Below the pieces are notes generated by a model. That model saw only the letters and a list, made by a program, of their open reading frames with translations, did not search any database and was not told where the DNA came from. The position numbers and the translations under genes are program-made. A stretch of DNA of 64,000 bases from Candidatus Enterousia sp. (lineage in GTDB: Bacteria > Pseudomonadota > Alphaproteobacteria > Rs-D84): NCBI GenBank assembly GCA_045645645.1, contig JAZRJE010000007.1, forward strand, positions 34,735 through 98,734, in the 5' to 3' direction. This document shows, one piece after another, positions 58,243 through 64,000 of this stretch. Position 1 is the first letter of the stretch. Every line of letters starts with the position of its first letter.

Positions 58243-59562
58243 ATGCGTCACATAACTGTTTCTGTTTTTGCATTATTGTTTGTAATGCCTGTATTTGCTG
58301 ATGCGCGTTTGCCAGTTGTGAATTTAGCTTCTGGGGCAGTGTCTGCACGTGCAGCGTTTGGGGAAAGTGTTGTTGAACCAGAAAAAAAATTACCACACAA
58401 GAATGTTGTTGCACGTCCTGTGTCAAAGCGGGTAGTTGCGCAAGTTTCTAAGAAAACAGACGTTGGTGAAGCAATTGCTTCTGTCGGTGATGTTTTGTCG
58501 CCACGTCGTCCCAGTGATGATTTGTGGGCGCGCGGTGCGGTCAGTGCAGATGCGCCGTTGCGCATGCCGTCTCTGTCAGAGTTTGCGGTCTATCGCAGTG
58601 ATGATTTGTTGCCTGAAGAAAATTTAGATTCTTCTTCCATGCCAAAAACGTTTGCGTATCAAGAAGAAAACCGTTCTGTTCCTTCGCGGGTTATAAATGA
58701 TAAAAAGTCGGATTTGGATGCTCAAATAGATCGTTTGGTTGAATTGCAGCGTCGTGCAGACGAAAGTGTTCAGGTGCAACAGAATGTCGCATCACGTGTT
58801 ATTGCGCGTCCAGTTGCGATGGAAAAGAAAGTACAGCCTGTAGCAGAACAGGGGTTGAAACCTGTTGTTAATGTTGCAAATGCATCACAACAAGAACAGC
58901 CAGAAAGTATTGCGGTGCGTCGAATGGTTGTTCCAATGGAAACCCAAGATGTTATTGTTCGTACAGTGGAAAAAAACGAATCTCCGCGCATTGCGGCTGT
59001 GCGTGACGATATGACAAAGTTAAGTCCATCAGAATTACGTCGTGCTTTTCGTAAGACGTTCTTGTCAGAAAACAAGCATCTTTCGACATATCAGATAGAT
59101 GATAGTTTTGATGTTGTCAGTGATATGTCTGCGTCAACAGCGGGTTTTACATCTGCTCGTGATTTAACAGAAGATGCAGGTATTCGTCCGCTTGAGATAA
59201 AAATAAAATTTCGTAACGATGATTCAGCATTATCTCGTGATAACTATAATTTGTTAAGTGAATATGCTGCGATTGTTGTGCATAACCCAACACGTGCGAT
59301 TCAAATAGCAATACCATCCAGCGCAACAACAGATGCGGATATGCGCAAATTGACTGCTCGTCGCCTGGCAATAGTAGAGCAGGTCTTACGAGATACAGGT
59401 GTGTCACAGCAACGAATTATGCCTGTGCTTAGTCAGCGTAATGAGGAAGGTTTTGTTTTGCGTGTGATTTCAAGTGAACAGTATGAGAGTCTGTCACAGC
59501 AAAAGCGTAATATGTTTGGTGATACGGTATCATCCAAGAAATATAAAAGTATGACGTGGTAA
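58243..59562 (+). CDS. Exported hypothetical protein with a degenerate C-terminal OmpA-like domain
   Basis: AAAGGA SD, signal peptide (VFA-DA), low-complexity middle, C-terminal KF..D...LS...RKLTARR...V..VL..TGVS..RI. Confidence 0.65.
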   Translation: MRHITVSVFALLFVMPVFADARLPVVNLASGAVSARAAFGESVVEPEKKLPHKNVVARPVSKRVVAQVSKKTDVGEAIASVGDVLSPRRPSDDLWARGAVSADAPLRMPSLSEFAVYRSDDLLPEENLDSSSMPKTFAYQEENRSVPSRVINDKKSDLDAQIDRLVELQRRADESVQVQQNVASRVIARPVAMEKKVQPVAEQGLKPVVNVANASQQEQPESIAVRRMVVPMETQDVIVRTVEKNESPRIAAVRDDMTKLSPSELRRAFRKTFLSENKHLSTYQIDDSFDVVSDMSASTAGFTSARDLTEDAGIRPLEIKIKFRNDDSALSRDNYNLLSEYAAIVVHNPTRAIQIAIPSSATTDADMRKLTARRLAIVEQVLRDTGVSQQRIMPVLSQRNEEGFVLRVISSEQYESLSQQKRNMFGDTVSSKKYKSMTW

Positions 59563-60278
59563 AAAGTCTTTTTAAATCAGTAATGAATTTTTTATTTCCT
59601 CTGGCGTGTCCACTGTGTGGCACGCCAGTATCAATACATGGTGAATTATGTGCAGATTGTTGGACTTCTTTCAATTGGATTGATGGGTCTAAGTGTGTTT
59701 GTTGTGGTTATCCATTTGTAATGGATGTTGGGTGTGATGCAAAGTGTCCTGTTTGTGCGTCTGGTGGGAATCAACTAGATTGGATTCGTTCAGCATGTGT
59801 GTATGACGATATGTCGCGTAATGCAGTATTACCGTTTAAGCATGCGGGTCGAATATCTTATTCGTCATTTATGGCACGAGCCATGATATGGGCCTTGCGT
59901 GATCGAGAGTTGTCGAATATAGATATTATTATGCCAGTACCATTGGCATATCGTCGTTTATTTAAACGTGGTTATAATCAATCGGCTTTGTTGGCGGCCC
60001 CAATTGCTAAAACAATGGGCGTAAGAATAGATTTTGATTCTGTTGTGCGAAAATATAGGCGTGATATGGGGCATTTGAATTTGCGTATGAGAAAAGAAAA
60101 TATTCGTAGTGTTTTTGATGTTGTTAAACCAGAAAATATAGCAGGGAAAAATATTTTATTGGTTGATGATGTTATGACGACAGGGGCAACTTTTTATGAA
60201 CTGTGTCGTGTATTAATAAAGGCAGGTGCAGCGTCTGTTTGTGGTGTTACTTTTTGTCGGGTTGCACGTACAGTCTAA
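59556..60278 (+). CDS. comF: ComF family protein (zinc ribbon + PRTase)
   Basis: CPLC, CVCC, CPVC, PVPL...RGYNQS, LLVDDVMTTGAT. Confidence 0.92.
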   Translation: MVKSLFKSVMNFLFPLACPLCGTPVSIHGELCADCWTSFNWIDGSKCVCCGYPFVMDVGCDAKCPVCASGGNQLDWIRSACVYDDMSRNAVLPFKHAGRISYSSFMARAMIWALRDRELSNIDIIMPVPLAYRRLFKRGYNQSALLAAPIAKTMGVRIDFDSVVRKYRRDMGHLNLRMRKENIRSVFDVVKPENIAGKNILLVDDVMTTGATFYELCRVLIKAGAASVCGVTFCRVARTV

Positions 60279-60640
60279 GAATAATTTTTTTTATTTGATA
60301 TTTCATGTAACATAAATTTAGTGTGTTTCAGATGTGCTTCCTGCATTATTATTTTTGTGCTACATAAACGCATAATCTCTATTATGTCTTTTGCTACAGA
60401 GTTTAGTGTGTGTTTTTTGCCAGTGTTGATATTTGCTTCTTCTAATAAGTCGTTTCCCAAAAAAACTGAATAATAAATATTTGATCCATTTTTATCTGTT
60501 GCGGTTATTTCTGCACAAATCGCCAATGGTGCATTGTCTGGTACCATTATATGATACATAACGATTTGGTCCATGGTTGTAACAGACACAGGGTACTTAT
60601 CAATCATTTTTACTAAAAGATTTTTATTGTCTGGGTTCAT
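60275..60640 (-). CDS. Hypothetical 121-aa protein (paralog A)
   Basis: Similar to the adjacent ORF (IIEIMRLCSTKIIMQE); 2-bp gap to it. Confidence 0.75.
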   Translation of the reverse strand: MNPDNKNLLVKMIDKYPVSVTTMDQIVMYHIMVPDNAPLAICAEITATDKNGSNIYYSVFLGNDLLEEANINTGKKHTLNSVAKDIIEIMRLCSTKIIMQEAHLKHTKFMLHEISNKKNYS

Positions 60641-60642
60641 GT

Positions 60643-61035
60643 CTAGTTATATGGCTTGTTTTTTTCTAATTGCATTAAAAGACCGTTTTGTCTGGATTTC
60701 ATTTCTTGGACCAAGATTTTGTTAGAGCAGTGACGCAGTAATTCCATAATCTTGTGTGTTGTTTCAGTTGGTCTTTTGTTTTCTATGCAGAATCCGTCTA
60801 TTAATGTTTGATTGTTCATTGTAATGATATAATATCGACCTGGTCTATTGTGTTCGTCTGTTGTGTATACGCAAGAAAATCCAAATACAGTTCCGTCGTC
60901 CATTTCGATTGTGTATTCTACTTCTGTGTCTGTATAGATAACGCCAATGCTACGTGAACGAATTATGTGATGTAAAAATTTAATAGTTTCTGGGCTCATA
61001 CGTTGTATTCTGCTGTCAAAAAAAACATTTGTCAA
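60643..61035 (-). CDS. Hypothetical 130-aa protein (paralog B), start uncertain (TTG)
   Basis: IMELLRHCSNKILVQE matches paralog A. Confidence 0.72.
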   Translation of the reverse strand: MTNVFFDSRIQRMSPETIKFLHHIIRSRSIGVIYTDTEVEYTIEMDDGTVFGFSCVYTTDEHNRPGRYYIITMNNQTLIDGFCIENKRPTETTHKIMELLRHCSNKILVQEMKSRQNGLLMQLEKNKPYN

Positions 61036-61142
61036 ATAAAATATTATTATAATTAGTTTGTGGCCAATATTTACTAAACCAAAAGTCTAATGATAGATAT
61101 GGTATAATCTTGTGGATAAAATAATGTAAGATTGATTTTATA

Positions 61143-62480
61143 TCAATCAAAAGGATTATCCGATTTTTGATAATCAATTACAACGGGCAAGTGTTCCCAT
61201 TTTAATGCCGTTGCAATTCCACGTCTTAAATACCTGGTATATGATTCTGGTATGTCTGACGCACCACCAACATTAATTGTGATTTTCATTGGGTGACGTC
61301 CAGTTTGGCGTGCAAATTTAATTTTCATTGGTCGTTTTAGTCGTGACATTGGGGGTTGTCGATCAGTAACTAATTTTTCAACGATTCTGTTGATTAAGCT
61401 TGTTGGTGCTTGGGCTGATGAAATATCCCATTGTTCGTAAACGCGCTTAAATAGATTTTGTACCCCTGTGCCAGTCTCTGCAGAAATAGCTAATATTAAT
61501 GGTTTGATAATCTGGTGAAAAGAATTAGAAAATTGGTGTTTTAATTTTAGTAATTTTTCATCTCTTTCCGCTTGGTCAATCAAATCCCATTTGTTTAGTG
61601 CGACGCATAAAATTTTGCCTGCATCATATACGCGTCCAGCGATTCCTAATGCTTGGTTTTCAATATTTTTAGTTGCATCCACAACCAGTATAACAACATC
61701 TGCTTTACTAATAGCGTCCAATGATTTTAATGCGGATAATGTTTCTACATCGTCCTTAACGCCTGCTTTTCGGCGTAATCCAGCCGTGTCCATTAAAATA
61801 ATGTCGCGACCATAAAATTTAGTTGGAATTTTAACTGTGTCACGTGTGATTCCAGGTGCGTCCATAACAATTTGGCGTTGTTGTCCTAAAACACGATTAA
61901 CCAATGTAGACTTTCCAACGTTTGGCTGACCCATAATCGCAATCTTAATGCGTTTTTCTTCATTGTTTTTTTGTGTTGTTTGGGTTAAGTTGTCTTCACC
62001 AGCAATCTTATCTAAGAATTCATATATTTCATCAAATCCACGTTTGTGTTCAGCAGAAATCAATTGTGGTTCACCGAACCCTAGTTTGTAAAATTCATGA
62101 ATATCAGCCATACGCTTACCAGATTCGGATTTGTTAACCAGCAGCAATACAGGTGCATGTGTTTTGCGGTGCACTAAACGTGCCCAATCTAAATCTTCAT
62201 TGGTCAGGCCTGTTCGTCCATCAACAACAAACAAAATGGCGTCAGACTGCATTATTGCATCGATGGCCATATTGGTAGAATCTAAAGCAATTCCATCTTT
62301 TGCGTTTTCCAGTCCGGCAGTATCCATCAGTTTATATGGACGATTACAGAAGTTGCCACAAATTGTATCACGTGTAACACCTGGGCGATCGTGAACCAGT
62401 GCGTCACGTGTTCCTGTCAGTGCATTAAACAAGGTAGACTTTCCTGTATTAGGGCGTCCTGCTATTGTTACTTTTAACAT
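61143..62480 (-). CDS. der: Ribosome biogenesis GTPase Der/EngA
   Basis: Two G domains: GRPNTGKSTLFN...DTAG and GQPNVGKSTL...DTAGLRR, NKWD. Confidence 0.96.
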   Translation of the reverse strand: MLKVTIAGRPNTGKSTLFNALTGTRDALVHDRPGVTRDTICGNFCNRPYKLMDTAGLENAKDGIALDSTNMAIDAIMQSDAILFVVDGRTGLTNEDLDWARLVHRKTHAPVLLLVNKSESGKRMADIHEFYKLGFGEPQLISAEHKRGFDEIYEFLDKIAGEDNLTQTTQKNNEEKRIKIAIMGQPNVGKSTLVNRVLGQQRQIVMDAPGITRDTVKIPTKFYGRDIILMDTAGLRRKAGVKDDVETLSALKSLDAISKADVVILVVDATKNIENQALGIAGRVYDAGKILCVALNKWDLIDQAERDEKLLKLKHQFSNSFHQIIKPLILAISAETGTGVQNLFKRVYEQWDISSAQAPTSLINRIVEKLVTDRQPPMSRLKRPMKIKFARQTGRHPMKITINVGGASDIPESYTRYLRRGIATALKWEHLPVVIDYQKSDNPFD

Positions 62481-62547
62481 CGTTTTTTCCATTGATTTTT
62501 TGTAATTATAAAGCAAAAATATAAATAATCAAATCTGGGGGTGAAAA

Positions 62548-63141
62548 ATGATAAAAAAAATTAAACGTGCACTTGGACATGTTCGCAGTATTATTGTAAA
62601 CCCGCGTCGTTATTTTACGAAAATTGTCGCAGATGGAAATATGGAAGAGGCGATGTTCAAAGCCTTCTTATATGGATTAGTTGGTGGAATATTAGTATTT
62701 GTGATCAATTTGCTAACAGGCGCATCCTTTACGGTTAGTTCGTTGTTTAGTGCGTTGATTATTACACCTGTTATTGCGGTGGGTGTATTGTTTATTATGG
62801 GTGGATTAATGATGCTGGTTTCCGAAATTACGGGGGGCGAGCGTGATTGGGAAATTGCGATAAAGGGTTTGGCGTCTGTATTTTTTATGTATCCTGTAAT
62901 TTTGGGGTTAAATGCATTAGCGTTTAATTGTACATCAATGTGGGTAATCAGTTTATTGGTTGACGCATATGTGTTGTTTTTGTTTTATAATATTGCTTTA
63001 TATTGTATGCGTGGCAAACGTAGTAATGTGTTAATGGTCATTGGTATCATAGCTTTATTTTTATTGACTGTATACGCGACGGATTATCGTATGGGCTGGT
63101 TTGTTATTAAGAACAATAGTGCCGCATTTGCATGTCTTTAA
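62548..63141 (+). CDS. Yip1-domain membrane protein
   Basis: IIVNPRRYF..I followed by about 5 TM segments; family assigned by pattern only. Confidence 0.65.
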   Translation: MIKKIKRALGHVRSIIVNPRRYFTKIVADGNMEEAMFKAFLYGLVGGILVFVINLLTGASFTVSSLFSALIITPVIAVGVLFIMGGLMMLVSEITGGERDWEIAIKGLASVFFMYPVILGLNALAFNCTSMWVISLLVDAYVLFLFYNIALYCMRGKRSNVLMVIGIIALFLLTVYATDYRMGWFVIKNNSAAFACL

Positions 63142-63157
63142 TTTTTAAATGAAAAAG

Positions 63158-63185
63158 AAAAAACACCCAATTTTGGGTGTTTTTT
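63158..63185. terminator. Bidirectional terminator (Yip1 gene / tRNA-Cys)
   Basis: A6-CACCC-aatttt-GGGTG-T6. Confidence 0.8.
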
Positions 63186-63188
63186 ATT

Positions 63189-63262
63189 TGGAGGCTTGGG
63201 TCGGAATCGAACCGGCATCCAAGGATTTGCAGTCCTCTGCATAACCACTCTGCCACCAAGCC
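63189..63262 (-). tRNA. trnC: tRNA-Cys(GCA)
   Basis: 74-nt cloverleaf GGCTTGG...GAGGA-CTGCAAA-TCCTT...CCAAGCC-TCCA. Confidence 0.96.
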
Positions 63263-63356
63263 CTAACTGCGTAAGATATATTACGCAAAAAAAAATTGTA
63301 ATTCAACATAAAAAAGTATAAAATAAAAAAAGTATTGTTTCAGAGAGAGAATTTAT

Positions 63357-64000
63357 ATGAGAAAACTGTCGTTTTTGGTGTTTTTGTTAATGCCATATTG
63401 TGTCATGGCGTCATCTGATGACTGTGCAACACGTACGGTTGTGCCGTCAGAACGAATGACGTTGCCTCAGGTTATAGAGCTGGGATTGTGCCGAAATCCG
63501 CAAACTGCAGCGTCATATTTGTCATACGAATCGGCTCATTTTTCAAAAAATGCTGGCTATGCAAATTATTTGCCCAGTGTCAGTGCCAGTGCAAATGCAA
63601 ATTTACCATACAGAAATAAAGAGTGGGGTGATTGGTCGTATGGTGCATCGTTATCTGCATCGTATCTGATATTTGATTTTGGAAAACGTCTGTCTGACCA
63701 GAATCAGTTAATAGCAGCATGGCGTGCAGCAGGGTTTGATTATGATGAATCTGTGCAAAATTATATTTATGGTTTAATTGGTTCGTATTATTCATTGTTA
63801 AATGCGGATGCGGATGTAAAATCAGCTGAAAAATTATTGTCCGTTGCAAAGACAGCGCATGAAATGGCGACTAAAAAATTTAAGGCAGGATCTGTTGCAA
63901 AGGCAGACGTATATAAGGCAGATACCACATTAGCCAGTCGTGAACTGGATTTAGAGCGTGCGAAAAACAATCGTGAAATAGCAAAGGGAAAATTACTGAC
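63357..64000 (+). CDS. tolC: TolC-family outer membrane efflux protein (5' part; runs off the window end)
   Basis: Hand translation MRKLSFLVFLLMPYCVMA..., L.RNP, YLPSVSA, YLIFDFGK, YYSLL, KFKAGSVAKADV. Confidence 0.88.
   Translation, partial: MRKLSFLVFLLMPYCVMASSDDCATRTVVPSERMTLPQVIELGLCRNPQTAASYLSYESAHFSKNAGYANYLPSVSASANANLPYRNKEWGDWSYGASLSASYLIFDFGKRLSDQNQLIAAWRAAGFDYDESVQNYIYGLIGSYYSLLNADADVKSAEKLLSVAKTAHEMATKKFKAGSVAKADVYKADTTLASRELDLERAKNNREIAKGKLL

Noticed and set aside
61111-61119. Perfect DnaA box TGTGGATAA as oriC
   Set aside because: Single box in a 107-bp gap with no cluster or obvious unwinding element; one 9-mer can occur by chance in 64 kb

Overview
AT-rich (mid-30s % GC by eye), very gene-dense chromosomal segment of a small-genome alphaproteobacterium. 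The class call rests on an alpha-type SspB ending VSLDEFRK, the lptF/G-lptD-surA order and the alpha-type UDG N-terminus. My impression, unverified, is an uncultured gut lineage such as Rs-D84/'Ca. Enterousia'. The window is almost all housekeeping: cell envelope and division (mrdA, mreBCD, mrcA, mraY, ftsW, murG, pal, lptD, lptF/G, tolC), translation (rpmI, rplT, pheST, ileS, metG, rpsO, infB, infC, nusA, typA, der, RNA-modification genes, tRNA-Thr/Val/Cys), fatty acid synthesis (accBC, fabDG), repair (mutS, nth, recF, xseB) and partitioning (rsmG-parAB with parS-like sites, so probably origin-proximal). I saw no CRISPR, prophage, transposase or integrase. Best leads: (1) a complete leader-peptide attenuator (MKQVTIIIIK plus protector, antiterminator and terminator) between tRNA-Thr and a type-2 ileS; (2) a stand-alone, apparently domesticated VirD4 coupling protein with an enlarged all-alpha domain; (3) small ORFans sharing a C-terminal QK tail, two of them with a novel CP-x5-G-x-CK cysteine module resembling CCCH zinc fingers, which together with VirD4 may be a type IV effector system (inference); (4) a tandem pair of unknown paralogs; (5) candidate autoregulatory leaders for rpmI-rplT and nusA, and several near-leaderless operon starts.
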